From positions 496,001 through 560,000 of the forward strand of contig NOWV01000022.1 of the NCBI GenBank assembly GCA_003344405.1: a stretch of DNA of 64,000 nucleotides, in the 5' to 3' direction. Positions 53,163-64,000 of this stretch are shown in pieces (within the stretch, counting starts at the first letter, position 1; the number at the start of each line of letters is the position of its first letter). A program made the translations under genes and the position numbers. The notes beneath the pieces were generated by a model that saw only the letters and a program-made list of their open reading frames with translations, was not told the DNA's origin and made no database searches. Source of the stretch: Trichoplax sp. H2 (lineage: Eukaryota).

Positions 53163-55793
53163 TATCGAAATGCGTCGCTATAACCCATCGTAGCTTATGG
53201 CACTTTAATATAGACCAATTTTAGAAATATTGTTTGCTAATTTTATTATTATTTTTATTTTCTTCTATCGTAATTACTAAGCTTTCGTGTGTTGTTGTAA
53301 CGAAGTTTTTAATAGTAAAGTACACCATATTAAACTAATAAAAGATAGCTACAGTGTTGTTGAAATTAAAAATAATTGGAATTAGTGCCTACCTATATGC
53401 ATTATATTATATGCGTATCATCAAGATGCTCACTATCGCCTCCATATTCCGGGTACGTAAATACAATACTGTAGTATCTTAATTAAAACGTTTGGCATAA
53501 GCCGGTTCAATAAGTTGTGTTGAGAGAAGGGTTTGCCTAAACTAGCTTGAAGCTGTTAAAAGATCCCACAATAAAGTTACTCAGAAGAAGTACTAGTACT
53601 AATCACTCTCGATACCCGTTTCTGTAACACGACATTATACCAAGGTTGATTATATAAATTAATTATATGCAGAATTGATCACTGCCTTTTTCAGTCAAGT
53701 CGATTAATTGATCTTGTCTACTCTTAGTCATGGAGTTAGACAGTGAGTGAGCTATAGTAAATATGAGCCAGCATCAAAATTTTTAACTCTTCAAAAATCA
53801 ACACGAGCACACACACACACATTTAATGGCATCTATATCAACAGTAATTATTATTGGCAATCATGATTTACAAATCAGATCGGACCTACATTCTACAAAT
53901 AATACGACGTAAATAAATATCACGGCATATGTCCTAGGACTAAAAGCAACCTTAACTACCAACAGCTTAAAGGCGGAGTCAATCATGCGCAACATGCGGC
54001 ATACATGAAACCATTTCTTCAAAGTATGTAAACTAATTTAAGACTAAATGATAATTTTATACCACTTAACAGGTGCTAATTCAGTTTATTCTTGTACAAT
54101 GTACAACCTGTCAAAATCCGGTATTCATTCGTTCAGTGTCAACTAATTTTGGGTTAGTATCGAGTGTTAAAGAAGTTTTAACAAAGAGTCATACAGTCAA
54201 TACTTCTGTATACAGCAAAATGCCTATTGCAGTCCATAAATACAATTTATGCCTGATGTAATCACCGTATCATACAACAGTACTGTCGTTAAATGACTAC
54301 AATATAATTCACTCAATTTTATGGCCTATAGCGTATTCTCATATACCGTTTATTAAGCCTCGTACGTTAGTGCACTTATAACATTTTTAATGTACATAAC
54401 TTGTAAGTACGCTTACTGTAGCATAAATATCATTGCTATTTTATGCAATTTTAGTACTATATGTATCACAGATATACAATTTTACCCTTCCTAATTATGA
54501 GTACTCAAAACCAATTCAACTAAGTCATAAGGATTACAGCTATAATATGTGCTATTAAAAGTGTTGATCGAAATGTAATGGAATTGACTTACCGTCTGTG
54601 TATTGACTTCAAAATTAATAATTAGTACGTCCTTCTGAGCTATCAAACTAAAATACATCTAATATAGTCTTTTACTGAACGGTAGTTTATCATGAGTTTT
54701 TATTGTAGCAAACAGGCTACAGCAGCATGCTTTTTAAATTAAAGGAAATCAATAACGCTAGATTTTTATCTAACTCTGATCCAAGATTCAGCCAGACTCA
54801 ATCCCATTCGACCATCATATGAGGAGATATACGGTACAGAATACACGTAATGCAATTTAACTGAAATTAATGGCTAAATTAATAATTTTAAAATTAGTTT
54901 ATAAAGTTATACCAGTCTTGATCAGTTCTATTAAAAGCAAATTTAGATAAAGTTAAAACTTTAGCTCCATATAAATAAGCCTTGGACATATGGAGTCATC
55001 ATAAGGAAACTGCATCACATTATAGCACCATTCCCACTCATTTCCGCTATTGAATATGCAAGCTATTATCAAACGTTATGAAATAATGCTAGTACGTAAT
55101 GTGTAATAAATGTACTGTGCATACATCTGTACGAAAGTAGCACGCATAAATTTACTACTGTACAGGAAATTGAGATAATAGCACCGAAATAATCTATTAT
55201 TCTCATTATTTTTCCGCACGTACGCGTATGCAGTAAATAAGATCATTTTTTGCCATCTGTAAAATTTTATTTGCAGGCTACGATGTTGTAGTTTTAACCT
55301 GTCTTCACTTACCTATAAAAGCAGCTGTATAAATGATTATTAGATTACTTGGTAAATAATAAGGTGAAAGTAGACGATTACTTTTGAGGACATTTTCAGA
55401 GCTAAAATTACTAGACTGGACTATATTTTCAACAGAAAATACTCCTAGTCTTTAATGTAAGGTAATAAAACGAATAGTTTCTCTTTTATATATATATATA
55501 ACCTATATGCATATACATGTATAAAAGTGTCGTACATATACCATACCGAAGGTAAATAGCGTTGCATTTTAAAGCAATATACGTATATCTTAAAATCTGA
55601 GCACTATTAAAGAATAAAAGATGTGAGTAAAAATTTTAAGATAACATTTACTGAGTGCTGCACAGCTACAGCCACAAGACCGGTAATGTCTAATTATATT
55701 AATCTGTTATATCTGCTACACAGATAGCCAGTCAAGCAGTAGGCAAACGAAAACACACGGTCAAAGTTGTTTTACCATGCATATAACATTTCT

Positions 55794-56831
55794 TTATTGA
55801 TAGTCATGTTCAGCTGGGAAGGTTATACCAGATCTTTGTAGAATGACACGTGCAGCATAAATTCCACAACGAACACATTCAGTTATAGGTTTACCTTGGA
55901 CCAATTGGCTCAAATAACCACCGGCGAAAGCATCTCCTGCTCCATTACTGTCTACAATGTCATCTTGGTTGAGTGGTGGTACAGGAAACTCCATACATTC
56001 ACCGTCGCGAACTACAATAACTGGATCTTGACTTTGAGTAATGATCACGATACGAGGATACTTGGGATTCACCTTGGGCATAGCTGCTATTTTCTTACCA
56101 ATTTCTTTCAAATCAGAGGTTCCAAACGAATGCTCTTTAGCAAAAACATCAAATTCAGTTTCATTACCGAATAAAATATCGATATAAGGGAAAATTCGCA
56201 TCATGTCGTCCTTGACTAAGGTAATTAGATAAGGTGCGGAAATATTGGTTGCGAAAATTTTTCCATTGTCGTGGCTGTGCTTAGCGACAGTCATCATGGA
56301 GGAGGGTGAAACCTTTAAGAAATAACCTGAAGAATAGTAAATTTTGGCTTTTTCTACCCAACGCCAATTTTCTTCTTTTAATAAATGCTCTTCCTTGTAA
56401 TATTCTGCGGCACCCAAGTTGGCGACTAAGGAACGATGCTTGTCGGTCAGCAAGACAGCACAAGTTCCAGTTGGTTGTTCCGATGTCTGCATGTAATTGA
56501 CTCTCAAGCCTTCATTGGTAGCAGCATTAATTAACAGATCAGCGAATTTATCCTTACCAATACAACCAATGTATGTGGTGACTTGCGGCTGACGTAATAA
56601 CCACTGGGCTGTACGAATTGAATTTTGCGTAGCACCACCAGCAATAAAATCGCATTGATATTTTTGCATCATTTGATCAAATAAAGGCAAGTGTTCCTCA
56701 CCTGCCAAAATGGCATTATTGGCTTCCAAGTTGTACGTTTGTAGAAAGCTCTTATCAACAGGAGCGGAAATATCAAGTAATGGGTTACCCATACCAAAAA
56801 GTACTCCTTCTGGGATATCTGAATTAGCCAT
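55794..56831 (-). CDS. ADK: Adenosine kinase (pfkB family), intronless CDS
   Basis: LFGMGNPLLDISA, AGGATQNS, PTGTCAV, RSLVANLGAA, LFGNETE, DSNGAGDAFAGG. Confidence 0.97.
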   Translation of the reverse strand: MANSDIPEGVLFGMGNPLLDISAPVDKSFLQTYNLEANNAILAGEEHLPLFDQMMQKYQCDFIAGGATQNSIRTAQWLLRQPQVTTYIGCIGKDKFADLLINAATNEGLRVNYMQTSEQPTGTCAVLLTDKHRSLVANLGAAEYYKEEHLLKEENWRWVEKAKIYYSSGYFLKVSPSSMMTVAKHSHDNGKIFATNISAPYLITLVKDDMMRIFPYIDILFGNETEFDVFAKEHSFGTSDLKEIGKKIAAMPKVNPKYPRIVIITQSQDPVIVVRDGECMEFPVPPLNQDDIVDSNGAGDAFAGGYLSQLVQGKPITECVRCGIYAARVILQRSGITFPAEHDYQ

Positions 56832-57660
56832 TTTTAATGGAATAAAGTCAATGGAAAGGGAAGAAGAATTAGAAATACCTAGTCATATGCTAGCCAAAAG
56901 GAAAGAGCTTGTTGAAAGCCTTTGCAATTGCAGTCCACTCCCGTTGACGCGTTGGGTAATAACAGGTACCTGCTAACGTGTCGAGTTCTCTTTTATAATA
57001 CTGTATGCTGTAGTAGTCAGTCAGTATAAAAGTATTGCACATGCGTACCACCAGTCTAGTCCACCCGGTATCACATGGACTGCTGGTAATTGGCTAGCTC
57101 ATGGCACTACTGTACTACATTCATACTGAACACTTTACACTTAAAGTGTACAGTATGGTATAGTGTACTGTACTGTCAATGGAAATTTATATAAGCCCTT
57201 GACCTTGCGCACACACGCTGTCTGAGTTCACTGCCGTCAGTAGAATGTACAGTAGACCAGTCTGTAGCTTTAGTACTGGACTAGTGTACCTACGGTGGGC
57301 CAGTTCTTGCCTTTTGGGGATAATAAAATTTACAATTTTATCTTGAGGCGTTCCTAGGAACAGTGCACGTAGAGGTAAACGAAATCCCAAATCCCCTGAC
57401 CTCATTGCAGGTATCTATTCAGGTAAAAGTCCCTCGAGTGCAGCGATATTTTTGGAATGGCCGATTTCACCAAGAACATCGCCTCATCAGGAAGAGAAAA
57501 CTGCAGGGGATACACTCACTCACTACACCACACTGTAACTACAGTGCAGTATGGTGACTCCAGAAATCGGACATCATTGCTAGTAGACTGCATACTGTAC
57601 GGTACAAAGTCAAAACAAGCCTCAAATAATAATAATAATAAAAATATTAATTAATATTTT

Positions 57661-57692
57661 ACTAGCGAATTCCGTGAAAATTCCACGGAATA
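57661..57692 (-). mobile_element. Helitron-like 3' terminus (hairpin followed by CTAG|T)
   Basis: Minus strand ATTCCGTG-GAATTTT-CACGGAAT-TCG-CTAG-T: an 8 bp perfect stem just before CTAG, followed by T and AT-rich flank. Confidence 0.5.
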
Positions 57693-57934
57693 TAGCACTG
57701 TCCATTATACATGGAGTTTATTAACTTTAAAGTTAATAATTATATTCATTTATAATAGTGTGATACACGTACACTCGTACAGTACAATCGCATTAATCGC
57801 ATTAATATAATTTGATGATTATGACAGCCGGTCTCGATCGTCTCGACAGAGTACGCAGTGCTGATGGCACTATCCAGCTGCACTCAATCAAACTAGAAAT
57901 ATTCATGATCAATCTCCTTCATAAAAATGATTTT

Positions 57935-58250
57935 AAAATACAGTACTGTACATTGTGACATACAGTATTAGAGCATACTGTACAGTACAGTAGTGTCGTG
58001 TACTCTACAGTGTACTGTACAGTATACTGTATACAGTACTGTACTGTACAGTGTACAGTACTGTATATAAATTATTTCCTTTTCTACAAGTACAGTACAG
58101 TACCGTACAGTACCAAAAAAATGTTCGCCGCAAAGCGCAGAACGTGGCGTACAGTGTATAGTACTGTAGGACAAGTACTGTAAGGTACAGTACTTAGTAC
58201 TTACCCGTGAGAAGCCTTTGCTTTTGGGGTTTTTCAATTACAGTACAGTA
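57935..58250. repeat. TACAG/CTGTA tract in the ADK / C6orf89-like divergent gap (smaller tracts at 57105-57180, 58555-58580, 58725-58750)
   Basis: tactgtacagtatactgtatacagtactgtactgtacagtgtacagtactgta. Confidence 0.88.
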
Positions 58251-58880
58251 TGCCTATGTCATTGGGGTTACAATACACTAGTCTGGACTATGGACTACAG
58301 GACTTGACTGATCACTCTTGGACGGACAGACCTTTTCGGCCTCATCTTGACAAAATATTGTTTCAAACACTTCGTTATGACACTACTTTAGTATGAAGAT
58401 GGTCGATTTTTACATTCACTGATTTTTTTTAAATTAAGTAATATTATGTTGAATTCATACAGTTAAGAAAAAAACGCTTAACTCTGTGGTTGAATCTTAT
58501 TATCCATTCCTAAGTTCTGCTTGGAAACAGTCACATAAGATCGTAAAATTTAAAGTGTACTGTACTGTACTGTACAATACATCATTATTCGATGTTTACG
58601 GCCTAATCCATATGAGAAGTCCGTCTGTCTGAGGGAGTGATCAGTTCAGGTCTTCTTCTAGTAGTCCATGGACATTGGACATCTTGGACAGTGGACACTC
58701 CCGTTGAGACTCCATTGGACAATGGACAGTACTGTACTGTACTGTATTGTAGAAAGGAAGGAAAGCTGTAATAGTCCTTGGTGGCACTATTTTCAAAGTC
58801 TCTAGCAGGAACCACAGTACTCTTTCTTTCGAGTAGTCCATGACAGTTGTGGCATATCAGCATTTATTAGTTATCATGCA

Positions 58881-58978
58881 CTGCACAAATCGCTGAAACG
58901 GCTTATATTAGTATGCACAATAAACCGTACTGCACAAATCACTGAAACGGCTTATATTAGTATGCACAATAAACCATA
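58881..58978. repeat. 49 bp tandem duplication
   Basis: CTGCACAAATC(G/A)CTGAAACGGCTTATATTAGTATGCACAATAAACC(G/A)TA, two copies. Confidence 0.92.
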
Positions 58979-59977
58979 TAAGCTGTTTTTCACCGATTTG
59001 TACGTGATCACTAACAAATGCTGCAACTCTCTGATGACTATACTTAGAAGTTTCGACGATTTTGAGATCATGTTCTGTACTTCGAGAACTACGAGATCGC
59101 GAGCATTTCTAAAAAAAGTAGAAAAAAATAGTAAGAGACAATTTTAGATAGACTGATGGAAGGCCTCCACTTTCTCTTCAAATCATCAGTTATTAATGCC
59201 AGAATGCAACATGACTATCACGTCCACTACGCTTCTATATGTCTAACTTGAATAAATATAATAAATGGCTTAGATAGTTATGACAGCGTCGCCCCAAAAA
59301 ATGAATAATAATAATAAAATGGACTCCTCAGTATAGTTCTCTATTTATTAAAACTAATTTCTCACTAATCAACTTTATAGTATAGAATAGTATCAAAACA
59401 ATTCAAATCGATCAATCAGGAAACAATAGCAATCACTGGAGGATGGATTAGAAAACAGAGAATGTTGCGGCAAAACAATTTCTTTTAACGCTGTCAAGAA
59501 AAGAGAGTAATACAGTTATACATTGTATACATAGAACGTGTATTACTGATGTAGCTCATTGAATGATAACTATAATTAATTTGTCACTATTATTTCTTAT
59601 GGAAGATACAGTAAGTTGATTGCTTTAACTTAATTGAAAGCAAGTGTAGCCATTTGTCTGGGGAATAGTCATTGTTACTATGGTAATTTATTGACTTGCG
59701 TATATTCTGTTATTATTATTGAAATCAATGGCGTAGACACTTGTTAGCATTACAATATATCGCTACTTAGATTGGAATAACATTCACTATATATCACGCC
59801 AACGATGTCAACGTATATAAGGTACATAGACACAGTTTAGCAACTGTTTGAGGAAATCGCGCATTGTTAATTGAATTGCATAGCAAGAGCATTCAATGCT
59901 AACGTGTATTAAAACAGTTGGAATACTATAAGAGGACATTGGCATTGTATTCGAAAATTGGAAGGCATTAATTCATC

Positions 59978-62474
59978 ATGGCTGGTCACGTACCTAAGGA
60001 TGCGCTTACCATTAAAGATGTTACTCAAGCTGAATTAAAGTTGTCACAAGTGGAAAAAATCAAATTGATCAATGATGAAATTAAAGCATTACAAGATTAT
60101 TGTAATAACTTAGGACTATCGAAGAACGACTTAAGTTCAAGTGCGAAACCCCTTCAAGACTTGTTATGGAGTCAGAAAATGAAGGGGCGTTTTCGATTCC
60201 TGGTTTATCTCGCTATCATAGTTGCTATTTGTAGTATTGCCTACAAGCAACCACATATTCAGAAATCTTGTCATTTCTGGGCTCGTAAAGCTCAAATATC
60301 GGTAAATTAATGAAAGAAATACTGTATAAAATATCCAATCATGATACATCACTGTCTAAATCATTGTAACTCAAAAGAACTTTTTCGCCTCTGAAATGAG
60401 CAACTTCATACATTCTTGAAACCTCTTTGCGATATAATTTGTAGTACAAAAATAACAGGAGTAAAAAATACTGTTAATATACCATTTTAAGTATCAGTAA
60501 ATTAATGCTGAAAGAATAGTTATATTAAATATCGAATCATCCTAGATTACTATACGTAAAAATCACTGTAACTTAAATGTATTTTCTTTCGCGTGAAGTA
60601 AGGAACTTAGTAGATTCTTGAAACCTCTTTGTGACCATAGATTGTACTGTATAGTACTACAAAAAAATAATGATAATATACCTTGTTCCTGTTCTTAAAC
60701 AATAACTCTTTACTATTTTCTATGTCCGACCAGATTCTAAGCTATTGGGACTGGACAAAGCTGTATGATAACGACTGCCTTGTAGCCAATCCAAGCTTTG
60801 TTAACGAAGGAGATGCGATAACGGAAGCGGACTGTGCAGTATGCAAAAAGTACTCGGTGAAAAAAGTCCGTAATATCACTACCAAATCATTAAACAAGTA
60901 CTTTTTAACCAAAGACAGACCGGTTGTCGTAGTTGATGTCACCAAGGATTGGCCAGCAAATGAAAAATTCTCCGTTCAGTTTATCCGCGAGGTTGCTTAG
61001 TTACTTCATCGTGATGTCGATAGTTAATAGCAGTCCGCTCTATGCAAATAAATCTATTTTTTATCACGTCGATATTATAAGTACTTCTTCAATGTAAAAC
61101 ATATTCTCTTTCCGAACAGCTTTATAACAACAACTCTGCCTTGAAAGATGTCAAACCATGTTCCTTTCGAAGTTCAGATGAAAGCATTAAATCGCTAGAC
61201 GATGTATGGGTTGCAATAGACCAAAATGAATACGCCGACGCTGTCTGGTATGTAAATTATGATGTAGTAATTGTTGTAATAATAAAGATTGCTATATGTT
61301 GAAAATGTACTTCATTAACCTAATCAAGTTTATGCTTATCAATCAAATCCTATGATGATTATTCGCAATAGAATTGACTAATAGAATTAAATAATTAATA
61401 ATCGTTAATAGAGCGCAAAGTCTTTGTGTGTTAACGATATCAACCAATCACTAATATAGATTGAAGTTACTGGAATGCTTAATATCGCTTGATAAGAAAA
61501 ATGTTACATGATCTTATTTGAAAATTTTATTATAAAGCTTTCCTACTAATAGCAATTATATCAAAATTGTATTAATAAGAGATCATTTGAGTTAACTGTT
61601 GCACATTTTACTACAGTCCTAGAATTATCGTCTCAAATCAGATAAACTACAGTATTCAAGACTCAATATGGATAATCATACGAACGTCGAAATTTTTAAA
61701 TGATGAGGTTATGTAACCAAATGTTTCTACTTTTATAGGGAGAACTGTGAGGGACCACCAACAAAAGCTCTTCGAGCTTTCCATAGCCGCATTGAAATTT
61801 TGCCTATGTCGTGCGAAGGCTCCTCTACGAATTGGGTACTTGTATCCAAGGGCAAGAATCAAGATCAACCAATACTATTCGTAAGTTCGCATTTAATAGC
61901 AATAATCATTATTATTATTTATATCCTGGTTCAAAATAAACCTGATCATTAGTAGCGTCCAGTAATATTTACACCAGAATAAAGGTTATACATAAATACT
62001 TATACCTATAGGATGAATTTAGAACGACGGGCATCTTATTTACGCAGGTAACAAATCGTATTGCCTCGATCAACTTTTCATTGACACTTCAATACCATCA
62101 TTTAGTTCAACATAAAGCCAGATTATATTAATTCGTTATTCATTAAACTTAATATCGATTATTTTAGATCACTGGTAAAGGTGAAATAGAATTAGAACCA
62201 CATGAAGCATGTGGTAAGATATGCAAAAAACAGAAAGTAACTTTAAATCCTGGCCAAACCGGTTAGTTGATATCCGAAAATTCAATAATTTTTTATCTTA
62301 ATACATTAATGATACTAATAGCCCCCTACATACTACCGCAAACTAAAGGAGTCATTTGTTGTCGTTTTAGTTATCTTTACCGAGAAGCTTTGGCTACTTT
62401 CATATCGACCGCTTTCCGACACGGAAACCACTGGCATCTTAACGACATACCATCAGAATGTTTTCTATAATTAA
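59978..62474 (+). CDS. C6orf89/BRAP (bombesin receptor-activated protein)-like membrane protein with cupin/JmjC-like C-terminal part, 7 exons
   Basis: N-terminal TM segment, YWDWTKLYDNDCLVANP, CAVC, PVVVVDVTKDWPA, WENCE, Q-ITGKG...PHEACGKIC..LNPGQTVIF. The exons splice in frame to TAA at 62472-62474. Confidence 0.65.
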
Positions 62475-63824
62475 CCTCCTTGCTAATCCACGTTAAATAG
62501 TGAATTAGTATAATAAAAACGATAATTTATCTATCAGCTTAGTCTGCTAAAATATGTCTGTTATAGGTCATATATTATCCTAATATGTTATTCTTAAAAT
62601 AGATATAAGTATTTGCCAAGCTATTCTGTTATAAATGGCTGCTTTTATTATCGTTATTATATGTGTTGAATCCAGGTAAATGAGATATAAATTCTTTATT
62701 TCCTATACTGGTTATCATGAATTGATGAAACTTAAATTTCCCTTAATTTAAGCTTTATAGAAGGAAAATGTGTTTATAATAATTTCGTGCTAGCATAATC
62801 GAGGTTATTTTAGATTCATTTGATAAAACCATTGAGAATAACTATATAATAAAGAAATTGCTAACTTAAACTAAGTGATATTAGGATTTTCTATTATAGC
62901 TATTGAAAGAAAATGATAATTAGTCTATTTTCTATTACTGCAAGCTCAAGCGCCAAAAGCTTGCTACCATGCATTACCATTAGCACCCACTATAGTAATT
63001 TCATTCCACTAGAACTCGCGTACCTAAATTTTTGCAATTTTTCTGCTCCATGCTGTATTAAATTACTATATATTGCTTCTCAAGTTGCAACTATTTGCTA
63101 TAAATCAATAGAAACGAAATCAATGTGTACTTGACAAGGCTAAAAATTACAGTAATTGCGTTATGCAAAGTCCGAAAAGTACTATTACTACTAATGAGTC
63201 CGAAAATTAGCTGCTGCAGACTATACAGACAGACAGTTACTCAAATGCGGAGAGACACTTACCAAAATGTCCTAAAATAGGAATAGCTACCTATATTAAT
63301 TCGATGTAGGATTGCTCAAGTTTCAGTAGCAGACAGTTTCAATAGATGAATTTTCAATCATAATATATAATTAATTAATCACTCACTCATTAGTACTGCA
63401 TATACTGTATGTTATGGCAAATTTACTAAGTATAAATTGGTAATTTTACCGTATTTTCATACAAACTTATATGTATAACTTCGGGGGTTAGAGGTCGAGT
63501 GGGGCTGGTACCTAAACGTACAGTAGAGACAAGGATACAAACATAAGCTCACAAACACTTACATAGCTAAAAGGATTATTATCATTTACTGCATAATTTA
63601 GTAAACTTCGTACACTTGATTACACCTAGTAGCTGTAGTCTGGTGATCAGTCAAAAGTCCAAGATAACTCTGGCATAAATATCAACAACGTAATCAACTG
63701 CAGCAGTAGCACGAGAGAACTCATTTAGTAATTTCAATCTATGCGTATTCATTTTGGCTATTAAAGTTGATCTACTTCCTCCTCTTAAATATCAGAACCG
63801 AATATTGCAAGCCGTCTTAGAAAT

Positions 63825-63932
63825 ATGTCTTCTGTTCGTAGCCCATATCCTGATGTCCATATTCCAGACAATGTTTCATTTTTTGAATATGTCACTGGTA
63901 ATTTCAAGAATTTCGGCAATAAACCAGCTATG
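63825..63932 (+). CDS. First exon of a second 4CL/luciferase-like acyl-CoA synthetase (runs off the window end)
   Basis: MSSVRSPYPDVHIPDNVSFFEYVTGNFKNFGNKPAM followed by a phase-0 GT donor, matching the exon-1 pattern of the 50017 gene. Missed by the ORF track. Confidence 0.75.
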
Positions 63933-64000
63933 GTAATCCGTTAATTATAATTAATATAGAACTAATAATTTGCATTCGCTATATAAATGCTATAAGACAA

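Noticed and set aside
57460..57500. Hammerhead-like CTGATGA...GAAA on the minus strand (also at ~59165-59192)
   Set aside because: Stem II does not form properly, and there are no compatible stems I/III around a UH cleavage site.
62990..63290. Splice-site-like signals on the minus strand suggesting another gene
   Set aside because: The candidate exon has stops in all three frames. A non-coding transcript cannot be supported without RNA data.
1..64000. U12-type (GTATCCTT/ATATCCTT) introns
   Set aside because: The matches I noticed lie in exons or on the non-coding strand. The donors I checked are ordinary GT, but I did not check every junction.

Overview
AT-rich, gene-dense eukaryotic DNA with many short GT-AG introns and metazoan-type genes (a BMP/TGF-beta type I receptor, a class A GPCR). 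Composition and compactness fit a placozoan (Trichoplax-like) genome; that assignment is an inference. I read 12 complete or nearly complete genes plus the first exon of a 13th: SLC46-like MFS transporter (+), RPLP2 (-), intronless GPCR (+), BMPR1-like type I receptor (-), HSPBP1 (+), cathepsin C (-), GT31 beta-1,3-glycosyltransferase (-), RAD54B (+), DEPDC5 (-), 4CL/luciferase-like acyl-CoA synthetase (+), intronless adenosine kinase (-), C6orf89/BRAP-like (+) and a second 4CL-like paralog (+, truncated). The main non-genic signal: every head-to-head gap, plus the CTSC 5' flank, carries self-complementary TACAG/CTGTA tracts. Three gaps also hold different 80-115 bp tandem cassette arrays, and a GACGGACAG motif recurs in four. 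No convergent gap has such tracts. Other points of note: an acidic residue at the classic activating position of the type I receptor next to a divergent GS box, a TCT/TOP plus YY1 promoter on RPLP2, a Helitron-like 3' terminus and a tRNA-like relic. Exon boundaries were read by eye.
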